This document shows, one piece after another, positions 37,523-47,288 of a stretch of DNA of 64,000 bases (the stretch's first letter is position 1; each line of letters begins with the position of its first letter). Under the pieces are notes generated by a model that did no database searches, was not told the origin of the DNA, and worked only from the letters and a program-made list of their open reading frames with translations. Made by a program: the position numbers and the translations under genes. The stretch comes from Gaiellales bacterium (lineage in GTDB: Bacteria; Actinomycetota; Thermoleophilia; Gaiellales; JAICJC01). The stretch spans positions 79,904 through 143,903 of the forward strand of contig JBBRMM010000003.1 of NCBI GenBank assembly GCA_038230835.1, given 5' to 3'.

Positions 37523-37543
37523 GGGCGCTATGCTCGCACACGG

Positions 37544-38350
37544 ATGCCGCCCCTGCTCCTCGCCGCCGCGGTGACGCCGCTTTGCGACGGCGGCGACGCG
37601 GTCGACGAGGCGGCCATCGAGCCGCTCACACGGTTCGTGCGATCCGGCGGCGTGGATGGTGTGTTCTGCTGCGGGACGACCGGCGAGGGCGTCCTGCTCT
37701 CGAGCGCCGAGCGGCAACGGGTGGCCGAGCTCTTCCGCTCTGCCTGCGACGGACGCCTGATCGTGCACGCCGGGAGCCAGACAACCGCCGCCACCGAGGC
37801 ATTGGCCGCGCACGCCGCGGCCATCGGTGCCGACGGCGTGGCGGTGATCCCGCCTCCGTACTACGCGCTCGACGACCGGGCGCTGGCCGACCACCTGTGC
37901 GCCGCCGCGGCGGCCTGTGCCCCGACGCCGTTCTATGCGTACGCGTTCACCGCCCGAAGCGGCTACCCGCTGTCCCCCGACGTCGTGCGTCGCGTCGGCG
38001 AGCGCGCGTCCAATCTGGCCGGCCTCAAGGTGTCAGAAGCACCGTTCTCGGCGGTCGCGCCGTACCTCGACCTCGGCCTGCCGGTGCTGGTCGGGTCGGA
38101 GCCGCTGATCCCACAGGCCCTGGCCGCGGGTGCCGCCGGGTCGGTGTCCGGCCTGGCATCGGCCTTCCCCGCCGAGGTGGCGGCCGTGCTCCGTGACCCC
38201 ACACCGGAGGGCGGCGAGCGGTTGAAGGCTTTGCGCGATCCGCTCCAGGAACGCGGGTTCATCGCCGCGCTCAAGGTCGAGTTGGGCCGCCTCGGCGTCC
38301 CGGTTTCCCCCGACGTTCGCCGCCCGCTACGTTCGCTGGCCGAAGGCTAA
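37544..38350 (+). CDS. Dihydrodipicolinate synthase/N-acetylneuraminate lyase family protein
   Basis: LLAAAVTPL...GVDGVFCCGTTGEGVLLSSAERQRV is typical of the DapA family. I chose the ATG at 37544. Confidence 0.75.
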   Translation: MPPLLLAAAVTPLCDGGDAVDEAAIEPLTRFVRSGGVDGVFCCGTTGEGVLLSSAERQRVAELFRSACDGRLIVHAGSQTTAATEALAAHAAAIGADGVAVIPPPYYALDDRALADHLCAAAAACAPTPFYAYAFTARSGYPLSPDVVRRVGERASNLAGLKVSEAPFSAVAPYLDLGLPVLVGSEPLIPQALAAGAAGSVSGLASAFPAEVAAVLRDPTPEGGERLKALRDPLQERGFIAALKVELGRLGVPVSPDVRRPLRSLAEG

Positions 38351-38355
38351 CAGCG

Positions 38356-39141
38356 GTGGCCGGGCCCACCCTGCCGGACCTGCTCGAACGACGCAGGCAC
38401 GAGTGCCGCCTGACCCCTGATCGTGCACTCGCGTCCCTCGACGACGCGTCCGGCTTCCTGCACGACAGAGGGCTGCTCACGCGCACCGAGGACTCGGCGC
38501 TGCCGAGTCTATTCACGGCGTGCCATGAGCCGCCGTACGCCGCGGGACGCGGCGGCTTTGCCGAGTGGCCGGCGACCAAGTACCCCTGGTTCTCGGCTCT
38601 CGGTCAGCAGGATGGGGTGTACGAGCTGCGAATCCATCGGGGCAAGAGCGTGCTTCTCACCTCCCGGACGGCCGCCCTGGCCGATCCGGTCTGCCGCGAG
38701 GAGCTCGCCCGGCACGAAGGACGAGAGGACGCCGCGGGTCGGCTGCTGGGCCTGCTGGCCGAGGCCGGCCCGGCGGCACTCGACGATCTCAAGCTCGAGC
38801 TGGACTGGACCGCGGCTCGCATGCGATCGGTACGGGCGGGGCTGGAGCGAGCCGGGGCGGTCGTCAGCCGGTCGGTGACGGTCGCCGCCGGAGGCGCCGG
38901 CCACGTGCACTCGAGCGTCCTCTACCGCTGGGATCAGGTGTTCCCCCATCCATCGGCTGTGGGAGGCATCGACGACCTCCTGGTGGCGAGCCTCCGCGCG
39001 GCGGTGGTGGCCCCGGAGCCCGAGCCCGAGCGATGGTTCGCATGGGGCGCGAGCCGGGTCGCCGGCCGGGTTGCCCGCCTGATCGACGAAGGCCGGATCC
39101 ACCGACCACAGCCAGGTTGGGTGACGGCTGCGGTCGCATAG
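38356..39141 (+). CDS. Hypothetical protein, possibly a winged-helix AlkZ/YcaQ-like fragment
   Basis: 261-aa ORF with good coding character. The similarity call is weak and from memory only. Confidence 0.4.
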   Translation: MAGPTLPDLLERRRHECRLTPDRALASLDDASGFLHDRGLLTRTEDSALPSLFTACHEPPYAAGRGGFAEWPATKYPWFSALGQQDGVYELRIHRGKSVLLTSRTAALADPVCREELARHEGREDAAGRLLGLLAEAGPAALDDLKLELDWTAARMRSVRAGLERAGAVVSRSVTVAAGGAGHVHSSVLYRWDQVFPHPSAVGGIDDLLVASLRAAVVAPEPEPERWFAWGASRVAGRVARLIDEGRIHRPQPGWVTAAVA

Positions 39142-39150
39142 ACGACCGCA

Positions 39151-39453
39151 TCACCGGCCGAGCGGCACCTCGCGATCGAGCGTCTCCAGCAGCGCCCGCA
39201 CCTGCGTGATCGCGGCGTCGTCCAGCGAGTAGCAGATCTGTGTACCCCGCCGCACCGTCCGCACGAGCCCGGCCTCGCGCAGCACGCGCAGGTGCTGGCT
39301 GACCGTTGGCTGGCTCACCTGGAACACGTCGGCGAAGTCGCAGGCACACGTCTCGGGCTCCCGAGCCAGTCGCACGGCGATGCCCAGCCGGACAGGATGT
39401 CCGAGAGCTTTGAACTGCCGGGCGGCGGCGGGAACGGCGGCTTGCGTCTGCAT
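39151..39453 (-). CDS. ArsR/SmtB family transcriptional regulator
   Basis: FKALGHPVRLGIAVRLA...CACDFADVFQVSQPTVSQHLRVLREAGLV. Confidence 0.85.
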   Translation of the reverse strand: MQTQAAVPAAARQFKALGHPVRLGIAVRLAREPETCACDFADVFQVSQPTVSQHLRVLREAGLVRTVRRGTQICYSLDDAAITQVRALLETLDREVPLGR

Positions 39454-39465
39454 GCCAGGCAGTAT

Positions 39466-39475
39466 ATCGTACGAT
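39466..39475. promoter_or_regulatory. Perfect 10-bp palindrome ATCGTACGAT within an AT-rich spacer; candidate ArsR operator
   Basis: Read from the sequence, in the 42-bp divergent intergenic region between arsR and the transketolase genes. It is flanked by TATA...TATATA. Confidence 0.35.
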
Positions 39476-39495
39476 TCCTATATAGGAGATTGCCA

Positions 39496-40170
39496 ATGGA
39501 TATGCCGACCACCCGACGCCTACTCGCCCTCGTCGTGGGCGACGAGAAGCACAGTGATTCCAGCCGGTCGACGATGGTGCCGCTGATCTCGCTGTACGCA
39601 GACGTGCTCCGCCACGACCCCGCCGATCCAGGCTGGGACGGACGCGACCGGTTCATCCTCAGCAAGGGTCACGGATGCGCCGCGTTCTACGCGGTGCTTG
39701 CGGCCAGCGGCTATTTCCCCGAGTCGTGGCTTGCGGGGTTCATGACCCGCGGCAACCCACTCGGCTCGCATCCCGACCGCACACTCGTGCCCGGTGTGGA
39801 GGCCTCGACCGGATCGCTTGGGCACGGGCTGCCGATGGCGATCGGCGTCGCCCTCGCCCTACGTGCGCGCGGCGGCGGCCAGCGCGTGTTCTGCCTCACC
39901 GGGGACGCCGAGCTGAACGAGGGCTCGAACTGGGAGGCGATCATGCTGGCGCCGGTGCTCGAACTCGCGAACCTGACCCTGCTTGCGATCGACAATGGCT
40001 CGAGCTCGATTCCGATGGCGCCGTGGGAAGAGCGCCTGGGCACGTTCGGGTGGGATGTCGAGGTGGTGCCCGGCCAGGATCGCGAATCGCTCACTCGAGC
40101 ACTCGCGGCAACCCCGAACGGGCGTCCTCGAGTGGTCGTCGCCGATGCCCGCGAGCAGGCGGCTGCATGA
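39496..40170 (+). CDS. Transketolase, N-terminal subunit (split form)
   Basis: RFILSKGHGCAAFYAVLAASGY and GSLGHGLPMAIGVAL...LTGDAELNEGSNWEA. Confidence 0.85.
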   Translation: MDMPTTRRLLALVVGDEKHSDSSRSTMVPLISLYADVLRHDPADPGWDGRDRFILSKGHGCAAFYAVLAASGYFPESWLAGFMTRGNPLGSHPDRTLVPGVEASTGSLGHGLPMAIGVALALRARGGGQRVFCLTGDAELNEGSNWEAIMLAPVLELANLTLLAIDNGSSSIPMAPWEERLGTFGWDVEVVPGQDRESLTRALAATPNGRPRVVVADAREQAAA

Positions 40171-41060
40171 TGCGAGCGACCGCGATCCGCACCGCATCAG
40201 AGCTCGTGCTGGAGGACGAACGGGTGGCCATGGTGTTGGCCGAGATCAGCCTGACGCAGGCGGCCGACGCGCTCGCGCGCGCTCCTCTGCGAGTGGTCAA
40301 CGTCGGCATCATGGAGCAGACCGCGGTCGGCGTCGCCGCCGGGCTCGCGCTCGAGGGCATGCACCCGATCGTGCACACGATCACGCCCTTCCTGGTCGAA
40401 CGGCCGTACGAGCAGCTGAAGGTCGACTTCGGCTACCAGCGGCTGGGCGGCAGCTTCATCTCGACCGGGGCCTCGTATGACTATTCCACGGAGGGCGGGA
40501 CGCATCACTCCCCCGGCGACGTGCACGCACTGCTGGCGATCCCTGGCTTCGAGGTGCTCGTCCCCGGTCACCCGGCGGAGGTGGAGCAGCTGCTCCGGGC
40601 CACGTATGCCAACGGGCGGCCGACCTACCTGCGCACATCGGTCGCGGCCAACGCCGAGCCCAGAGACGTCGTTCCCGGACGGCTCGAAGTCGTCCGCCGG
40701 GGAGCGCGCGGGACGGTGGTGGCCGTCGGGCCGATGCTCGAGCGTGCGCTGCCGGCGGCCACGGAGCTCGATCTGACCGTCCTCTACGCCACCAGCATCG
40801 AACCGTTCGACGCCGCGAGGCTGCGGCTGGAGGCCGCCGATCACGAGCTCGTGGTCGCCGTCGAACCGTTCTACGAGGGCACGCTGGCCCGCACCCTGGC
40901 CGAGGCTCTGGCCGGTCGGCCGGCACGGATCGGGTCGATCGGCGTACCACGGGCATTCCTGTCCACCTACGGGACGGTGGCCGAGCTCGACCGAGATCTG
41001 GGCATGGACGAGGCGGGTGTCCGCCAGGCGCTCGTCAGGTGGTTCGCAGAACCCGCGTGA
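40167..41060 (+). CDS. Transketolase, C-terminal subunit (split form)
   Basis: The start overlaps the upstream stop (ATGA). NVGIMEQTAVGVAAGLALEGMHPIVHT and STGASYDYSTEGGTHHS. Confidence 0.85.
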   Translation: MMRATAIRTASELVLEDERVAMVLAEISLTQAADALARAPLRVVNVGIMEQTAVGVAAGLALEGMHPIVHTITPFLVERPYEQLKVDFGYQRLGGSFISTGASYDYSTEGGTHHSPGDVHALLAIPGFEVLVPGHPAEVEQLLRATYANGRPTYLRTSVAANAEPRDVVPGRLEVVRRGARGTVVAVGPMLERALPAATELDLTVLYATSIEPFDAARLRLEAADHELVVAVEPFYEGTLARTLAEALAGRPARIGSIGVPRAFLSTYGTVAELDRDLGMDEAGVRQALVRWFAEPA

Positions 41061-41943
41061 GCGCATCCTCGCGGCTGTAGTGGCCGACCACGTCGAAGCC
41101 CTGCTTTGCACGCAGACCGGCCCGCAGGTCGCAGTCGACCACGAGCATCCCCTCCTCGCCGTACAGCGGTCCAGCGGCCACCTCGCCCCCCGGGGCAACG
41201 ATCACGGTCCCGCCGCGGGCGAACTCGTCGGGGCGGTCGGCGGGTAGCTCGACCGGGAAGTCGGCCGGGAACTGATCACGATGGACGTACTGGCTGACGC
41301 CGACCACCCAGGCCCCCGATTCGAACGCGATCGCGCGCATCAACGCCGTCCACACGTCGCGGTCGTCCATGGTCGGCGCAACCCAGATCTGCGGCCCGCC
41401 GCGGTACATCGCGTAGCGGGCCAGCGGCATCGCGTTCTCCCAGCACAGCAGACCTCCGATGCGGCCCACAAGCGTATCCACCACATCCAGGTCGGCGCCC
41501 GAGCCCTGGCCGTGGAAGAGCCGCTCGTGGTGGGTCGGCATCAGCTTGCGATGTGTGTGGAGCAGGCCGGCCGGCCCGAACACCAGCAACGTGTTGTAGA
41601 GCGTCCCGGGACGGTGGCTCTCGCGCTCGTTGACCCCGATCGCGCAGTGCACGTCGTGCTCTGCGCACGCGTCGGCGATCCGCCCGGTCAACGGGCCGGG
41701 CACGTCCACCGCGCTCGTCCACATGCGCTCCAGCAGATCGGTCTGACGAGCACCCCAGTCGGACACCGTCAACCACGACTTGGGGTAGAAGGAGACGAAG
41801 CACTCCGGGAATACCACCAACTGTGCGCCGCGGGCCGCCGCCCGTCCGATCAGCTCGACGGCCTTTTCCACCGACGCCTCCCCGTCGAGCATGACCGGCG
41901 TGGCCTGGACCGCGGCAACCCGGATCGGCTCGAGCACGGTCAC
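41035..41943 (-). CDS. Nitrilase / carbon-nitrogen hydrolase family protein
   Basis: The E-K-C triad context is visible: VVFPECF, HRKLMPT, LLCWENAMP. I chose the GTG at 41943, 26 nt after the GntR stop. Confidence 0.8.
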   Translation of the reverse strand: MTVLEPIRVAAVQATPVMLDGEASVEKAVELIGRAAARGAQLVVFPECFVSFYPKSWLTVSDWGARQTDLLERMWTSAVDVPGPLTGRIADACAEHDVHCAIGVNERESHRPGTLYNTLLVFGPAGLLHTHRKLMPTHHERLFHGQGSGADLDVVDTLVGRIGGLLCWENAMPLARYAMYRGGPQIWVAPTMDDRDVWTALMRAIAFESGAWVVGVSQYVHRDQFPADFPVELPADRPDEFARGGTVIVAPGGEVAAGPLYGEEGMLVVDCDLRAGLRAKQGFDVVGHYSREDALTRVLRTT

Positions 41944-41968
41944 GCCGGCCAGGCTCGCATGCCCGAGG

Positions 41969-42526
41969 TCACCGGCCAAGCCTCTGCAGGTGCCGCCGCA
42001 TGGCCTTGGCAGCGCCCGCCGAGTCGCGCGCGACGATACGGTCGGCGACGCGCGCCATGTCACGCACGACCTTCGTCCCGACCTTGGCCGGCGCCGGCTC
42101 GAGCTCGGTGAGCGCGATGATCGCCGCCGCGAGTACCTGATTGCCGGACGCGGCAGCAATGGCGAGCCGCAGCTCGACGTACGCCGGCGCGACGCCGGCC
42201 CGCAGGTCGTCCACGATCCGTCGCAGCGCGGCCGCGTCGATGGCCGTGTGCGCGGAGGCCGCGAGCCGGGCAGCGTGCGGCTCGAGCCGGTCACGCACCT
42301 CCAGGAGCTGCTCCGGATCAGCTCCTGCGATGAACGTGCCGGCGCCCCGCCGCGGCACCAGCACGCCTGCATCCACCAGGCGACGCAGGCCCTCACGAAG
42401 AGCGGGCCGCGACAGGCCCAAGAGCACCGCCAACTCACGCTCGGAGGGCAGCCGGTCGCCCCGCACGAGACCGCTCTCGGCGATCAGGTCGCGGATCCTC
42501 CGGGTGACATCGGCACTGACCGACAT
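41969..42526 (-). CDS. GntR/FadR family transcriptional regulator
   Basis: GDRLPSERELAVLLGLSRPALREGLRRLVDAGVLVPRRGAGTFI. Confidence 0.85.
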   Translation of the reverse strand: MSVSADVTRRIRDLIAESGLVRGDRLPSERELAVLLGLSRPALREGLRRLVDAGVLVPRRGAGTFIAGADPEQLLEVRDRLEPHAARLAASAHTAIDAAALRRIVDDLRAGVAPAYVELRLAIAAASGNQVLAAAIIALTELEPAPAKVGTKVVRDMARVADRIVARDSAGAAKAMRRHLQRLGR

Positions 42527-42553
42527 CCGCCGATTCTATAGTCGGTCAGACCA

Positions 42554-43918
42554 ATGCGTGCGCAACTCTCCGACCTCGAGCGAATTGTCGGCCCGGACGC
42601 CGTCCTGGCGGGGGACTCCGCCCAGCCGTTCCTGCACGACGCCACCGAGTCCCGCGGGTTGATCGGACACGCACTGGCGGTGGTGATGCCGGCGGACGCC
42701 GCCCAGGTCGCCGGCGTGCTCGCCTGGTGTTACGCCCACGACGTGCCGCTGGTCCCACGCGGCGGCGGCACCGGCTACGCGGGCGGCGCCGTCCCTGTCT
42801 CGGGAGGGGTGGTGGTGGCCATGGAGCGGATGCGCCGCATCCGCAGCTTCGACCCGCTGCTGTGGCGGATGCACGTGGAGGCCGGCGTCACGACTGCCGA
42901 GGTGCAGCGGCTGGCACGGGAGAGCGGGCTCCGCTTCCCGCCCGATCCGGGGGCTCCCGAGGTCTCCCAGATCGGAGGCAACGTGGCCACCAACGCCGGC
43001 GGGCCGCACGCCTTCAAGTACGGCGTGACCGGGCACTGGGTGACCGGAGTGGAGGCGGTCGTGGCGCCGGGGGAGGTCGTGACCTTTGGAGGCCCGCTCC
43101 GCAAGGATGTCGCCGGATATGACCTGCGCGGGCTGATGGTGGGATCGGAAGGGACGCTGGGAGTGGTCACGTCGGTGTGGCTGAGGCTGATCCCTGCGGC
43201 CGAAGCTGCACTGCCGGTGCTTGCCTTCTTCGACAACACCGGCAGCGGATGTGATGCGATCCGCGCACTGCTGGCCAGCGGGGCGGTGCCGGCGGCGATC
43301 GAGTGCCTGGACGCCGGTGCCCTCGCGGTGGTGACCGGCGCCTGTCCGTTTCCGGTGCCGGACGCCGCGCGATTCGCGGTCCTGACCGAGGCCGACGGAA
43401 GCCGGCGCGAGGCGGTCGAGGGTCGCGACGCCCTGATCGAGGTGCTCACCGACCGCGCCCTGGCACTGCACGCCCCAGACGAGGCGGCCGCGCGGGACGC
43501 GCTCTGGCGCTGGCGAGGTGCGTTGTCGACCGCGACCGTCACCGCCCACGGCGGCAAGGTGAGCGAGGACATCGTGGTGCCGCTCGATCGGATCGACGAG
43601 GCGATCGAGGCCACCGTGGAGATCGGCCGCCGGCACGGGCTCGAGGCGTGCAGCTATGGTCACGCGGGTGACGGCAACCTGCACTGCACGTTCATGATCC
43701 CGCTGGACGAGACGGAGCGCGCCGGGGCGGCTGCGGACGAGCTGGCTTCGGTGGCGACGGCACTCGGCGGTTCGATTTCAGGAGAGCACGGGCTGGGGGT
43801 CGTCAAGTCCGGCCGGCTCGGCCGCCAGTGGGCGCCGGCAGCGGTGGAGCTGCACTCGACGGTCAAGCGGGCGTTCGACCCGCATGGCCTCATCAATCCG
43901 GGGAAGAAGGCGCCGTGA
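42554..43918 (+). CDS. FAD-linked oxidase (GlcD-like)
   Basis: 454 aa with PRGGGTGYAGGAVP and GEHGLGVVK...FDPHGLINPGK. Confidence 0.85.
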   Translation: MRAQLSDLERIVGPDAVLAGDSAQPFLHDATESRGLIGHALAVVMPADAAQVAGVLAWCYAHDVPLVPRGGGTGYAGGAVPVSGGVVVAMERMRRIRSFDPLLWRMHVEAGVTTAEVQRLARESGLRFPPDPGAPEVSQIGGNVATNAGGPHAFKYGVTGHWVTGVEAVVAPGEVVTFGGPLRKDVAGYDLRGLMVGSEGTLGVVTSVWLRLIPAAEAALPVLAFFDNTGSGCDAIRALLASGAVPAAIECLDAGALAVVTGACPFPVPDAARFAVLTEADGSRREAVEGRDALIEVLTDRALALHAPDEAAARDALWRWRGALSTATVTAHGGKVSEDIVVPLDRIDEAIEATVEIGRRHGLEACSYGHAGDGNLHCTFMIPLDETERAGAAADELASVATALGGSISGEHGLGVVKSGRLGRQWAPAAVELHSTVKRAFDPHGLINPGKKAP

Positions 43919-44862
43919 GCGTGATGCGAGACACGATGTGGGGCCAGCCTGAGGAGCTGCGGCGGCTGCTCGGCGACACGGATCCGGTGAGCCGGGCGGC
44001 GGAGCGGCTGCGGGGCCGGCGGCTGCTCCTGATCGGTACCGGCACGAGCTGGCACGCCGCCAACATCGGCGCGTGGTTCATGCGCGCCGCCGGGATGGAA
44101 GCGTGGGCGGTGCAGGCGATGGATGCGGCGCTCCATGACCCGACGCCCAGCCCCAGCGACGGCGTGATCCTGCTCAGTCACCGCGGCACCAAGCGGTACA
44201 CGACCGCGGTGCTCGAACGCGCCCGGGCCGACGGCGCGGCAGTGGTCACGGTGTCCGGCGTCGGTTCACCGCAGGCCGACATCGAGACGGTCGGCCAGGA
44301 ACGCTCGTCTGCGTACACCGCCAGCCACCTGGGGGCCCTGCTGCGACTGGCTCAGCTGGCGGTTGCGCTGGGTGGGGACATCGGCCCGCTCGACGTGGTG
44401 CCCGACACGGTCAACGCGGTGCTGAGTGGGGGTCGCACCGGAGTCGAGCCGCCGGAGCGGGGGCTCGAGTTCGTCGGCGCCGGCCCGAACCAGTGGACGG
44501 CCGCCGAGGGTGCGCTGAAAGTGCGCGAGACGGCGTACCTCGCGGCCGCGGGCTGGTCGATCGAGCAGTACCTGCACGGGCCGTCGGTTGCACCCGGACC
44601 GCGAGACACCCTGGTGTGCCTGAACGGCGGAGGGCCGGGGGAGGAGCGGCTGCAGGCGGTCGCGCGCTCGGCGCAGTCGTGCGGGGTGACCGTCCATGTG
44701 ATCACGGCCGCGCACCCCAACGAGCTGCTGTCGGTGTTCCCACTCACCGCCGCGGTCCAGCGGATCGCGCTGGAGACGGCGGAGCAGTTGGGCACGAATC
44801 CGGACAGCTTCGGACGCGATCTCGAGGCGCGGGCGCATGCGATGGACGGCATCGACCTGTAA
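43915..44862 (+). CDS. SIS domain protein (sugar-phosphate isomerase/aminotransferase-like)
   Basis: The GTG start overlaps the upstream stop. LLLIGTGTSWHAA and ILLSHRGTKRYT. Confidence 0.7.
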   Translation: MSVMRDTMWGQPEELRRLLGDTDPVSRAAERLRGRRLLLIGTGTSWHAANIGAWFMRAAGMEAWAVQAMDAALHDPTPSPSDGVILLSHRGTKRYTTAVLERARADGAAVVTVSGVGSPQADIETVGQERSSAYTASHLGALLRLAQLAVALGGDIGPLDVVPDTVNAVLSGGRTGVEPPERGLEFVGAGPNQWTAAEGALKVRETAYLAAAGWSIEQYLHGPSVAPGPRDTLVCLNGGGPGEERLQAVARSAQSCGVTVHVITAAHPNELLSVFPLTAAVQRIALETAEQLGTNPDSFGRDLEARAHAMDGIDL

Positions 44863-45004
44863 CACCTGCGGCCTGACGGCGACCGAGCCGGCGATGGGGT
44901 TGATCGACGTCACCGCGACCGCCCACCCGACCGGTCGTCTGCGCCCGGCTCGGGGCCGGCGCCGGCCCGAGCGCAGAGCCCTCAGGCGCGGTAGCGTGAG
45001 CGCC

Positions 45005-45676
45005 ATGCCGACCCCGACCGAGCAGCCGCCGTCCTACGAGGCTTCGCCGGATGACCTGCGCCTGGTCAAGGCGCTGCGAAACGGCGACGAGAGCGCGTTC
45101 GCGGAGCTCGTCGACCGCCACCATGCAGCCATGGTGCGGCTCGCGACGAGCTACGTGCGCAGTCGCGCGGTGGCCGAGGAGGTAACCCAGGAGGCATGGC
45201 TGGGCGTGCTGCAAAGCCTGCCCCGGTTCGAGGGTCGCTCGTCGCTTCGGACGTGGATCTTCCGTATCCTCGCCAACCAGGCCAAGACCCGCGCGGAGCG
45301 CGAGCGGCGTACGGTGCCGTTCTCCTCGCTGACCCCCGACGGCGAGCGCCCGTCGGTCGACCCGTCGCGGTTCCTGGGCGCCGACCACCCCGCGAATGCC
45401 GGGCACTGGGCGTCTCCCCCCCGGCGCTGGGAGGAGCAGCCGGAGACGAGTCTGCTGTCGGGCGAGGCCACCGCGGTGGTGCTCGCGGCGATCGACGAGC
45501 TGCCGGCAGCCCAGCGCGAGGTGATCACGCTGCGCGACGTCGACGGATGGTCGTCAGCCGAGGTGTGCGACCTGCTCGGGCTGACCGAGGGGAACCAGCG
45601 GGTGCTGTTGCACCGGGGGAGGTCGAAGGTGCGGGCGAAGCTCGAGAGCTACTACGACGAGACGGGCGCGAGATGA
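45005..45676 (+). CDS. ECF sigma-70 family sigma factor
   Basis: AEEVTQEAWLGVLQSLPRFEGRSSLRTWIFRILANQA, with region 4 SSAEVCDLLGLTEGNQRVLLHRGRSKVR. Confidence 0.85.
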   Translation: MPTPTEQPPSYEASPDDLRLVKALRNGDESAFAELVDRHHAAMVRLATSYVRSRAVAEEVTQEAWLGVLQSLPRFEGRSSLRTWIFRILANQAKTRAERERRTVPFSSLTPDGERPSVDPSRFLGADHPANAGHWASPPRRWEEQPETSLLSGEATAVVLAAIDELPAAQREVITLRDVDGWSSAEVCDLLGLTEGNQRVLLHRGRSKVRAKLESYYDETGAR

Positions 45677-45948
45677 ACGATCACGATCGGGGCGAGCTGA
45701 CCTGCCGGGAGATGGTCGAGCTGATCACCGACTACCTCGAGGGTGCACTCTCGGAGGGCGATCGGGCGCTGTTCGACGAGCACCTGACGAGGTGCGACGG
45801 GTGCGACGGCTATCTCGAGCAGATGCGCACGACGATCGTCATGGTCGGACGGCTGAGCGCCGAGCCGGTGCCGGCCGACGTCCACCGCAGGCTGCTGCAC
45901 GCCTTCCGTGGATGGAAGCGTGCCGGCGGCGAGATCCCCTCAGCGTGA
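45673..45948 (+). CDS. Anti-sigma factor, zf-HC2 type
   Basis: 91 aa. The start overlaps the sigma gene stop. The H-x3-C-x2-C motif is present (HLTRCDGC). Confidence 0.75.
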   Translation: MNDHDRGELTCREMVELITDYLEGALSEGDRALFDEHLTRCDGCDGYLEQMRTTIVMVGRLSAEPVPADVHRRLLHAFRGWKRAGGEIPSA

Positions 45949-46479
45949 TCAGAGAGCGCCTCCGGCAGCGGCCGGAGCGGTCGGGTCCGCACCCGCAGCC
46001 GCCGCCTCGCGGGCCAGATACTCCTCGGCCAGGAGCGGGTTGCCGGCAGCGCGTTCGACCACTTTGAGCAGCGACGACATGCTCGCCACCTCCTCGACCT
46101 GCTCCTTGATGAACCACTGCATGAACTGCTCGCTCTGGTAATCCGACGCGTCGCGGGCGATCCCCGCCAGCGCGTTGATCTGCGCCGTCACCCGGCGCTC
46201 CTGCTCGAGCGCAAGCGCGACGGGCGCCACGGAGTCGACGAACTCGGTCTGGGGCGCCGACACGCCCGGCACGCGGACGTCCATGCCGGCATCCAGGAGG
46301 TACTGGACCATCATCATGGCGTGGTTTCGTTCCTCGAGCGCCTGCTGGTAGAAGTGCGCGGCCAGCCGCGGCAGCGTCTCTCCGTCGTAGTAGACGGCAA
46401 TCGCCACGTACTGCTGGGAGGCGCCGAACTCGTAGGCGATCTGCTCGTTGAGCGCATCGACGAAGCGGGACTCGGACAT
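45949..46479 (-). CDS. Ferritin (non-haem bacterial ferritin)
   Basis: FVDALNEQIAYEFGASQQYVAIAVYY...QQALEERNHAMMMVQYL. A GGAGG Shine-Dalgarno sequence lies upstream of the ATG at 46479. Confidence 0.85.
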   Translation of the reverse strand: MSESRFVDALNEQIAYEFGASQQYVAIAVYYDGETLPRLAAHFYQQALEERNHAMMMVQYLLDAGMDVRVPGVSAPQTEFVDSVAPVALALEQERRVTAQINALAGIARDASDYQSEQFMQWFIKEQVEEVASMSSLLKVVERAAGNPLLAEEYLAREAAAAGADPTAPAAAGGAL

Positions 46480-46516
46480 CTGACCTCCTGGTGGGGAGAG
46501 GTAGGCTAACCGCACC

Positions 46517-47272
46517 GTGCCCACCGTGTGCGCCATTCATGCCTCCCCGGTGAAATCGCTGCGGCTGGCGACCCTCGATCGCGCGCTGCTCGCCCACGAC
46601 GGGATCGAGCATGATCGCGAGTTCGTGCTCCTGGACGAGCATGGGCGGGTCGCCACCCAGCGCACGCTCGGCATGCTGGCGCAGATCGCGAGCCGGTTCG
46701 ACGACGGCCTGCTCGAGCTCGAGTTGCCCAGCGGCGACCGGGTCGGCGGCGAGCCCGCGGCCGGCGGGCGGGCGCGGTCGGAGCTGTGGGGACGGCCGAT
46801 CGAGGGCCACATGGTGGACGGTCCCTGGAACCGCGTGCTCTCGGACGCGGCGATGCGGCCGCTCCGGCTGATGCGGGTCACCAGCTCCGGCCGGGGTCTG
46901 GACTCCCACCCGGTATCGATGCTGTCGGCCGGAGCCGTGCGCGGACTTGCGGCTCATGCAGGGCGAAACGGCGAGCTCGACCACCGCCGGTTTCGCCCGA
47001 CGTTCCTCATCGAAGGCTGCGAGCCCAATGCGGAGGACGCCTGGGTGGGGCGGCAGGTTCGGCTGGGCGAAGCAGTGGTTTCCGTGATCCGCCTCGACCC
47101 GCGCTGCGCGCTCACCACCCGCCACCCGCTCACCGGCGAGCGCGACGCGGATACGCTTCGCTGGATCGCCGAGACCCGGCCGCAACCGGGAGGCGCGATC
47201 TGCTTCGGGGTGTACGCCGACGTCTCGTCCCCCGGTACGGTTTGCGTCGGCGATTCCGTCGACCTCCTCTGA
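46517..47272 (+). CDS. MOSC domain protein
   Basis: 251 aa. The N-terminal beta-barrel plus MOSC pattern is present (PVKSLR..., RFRPTFLIEG, CALTT). Confidence 0.7.
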   Translation: MPTVCAIHASPVKSLRLATLDRALLAHDGIEHDREFVLLDEHGRVATQRTLGMLAQIASRFDDGLLELELPSGDRVGGEPAAGGRARSELWGRPIEGHMVDGPWNRVLSDAAMRPLRLMRVTSSGRGLDSHPVSMLSAGAVRGLAAHAGRNGELDHRRFRPTFLIEGCEPNAEDAWVGRQVRLGEAVVSVIRLDPRCALTTRHPLTGERDADTLRWIAETRPQPGGAICFGVYADVSSPGTVCVGDSVDLL

Positions 47273-47288
47273 CACCGCGGCTTCCCAC

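Noticed and set aside
36980-37543. N-terminal extension of the DapA-family ORF (456-aa version)
   Set aside because: The extension is antisense to the FAD oxidoreductase gene and has no DapA homology. The conserved N-terminus begins at the ATG at 37544.
41944-42438. N-terminal extension of the nitrilase ORF (467-aa version)
   Set aside because: The extension overlaps the GntR regulator gene in another frame. The nitrilase fold begins at VTVLEPIRVAAVQ.
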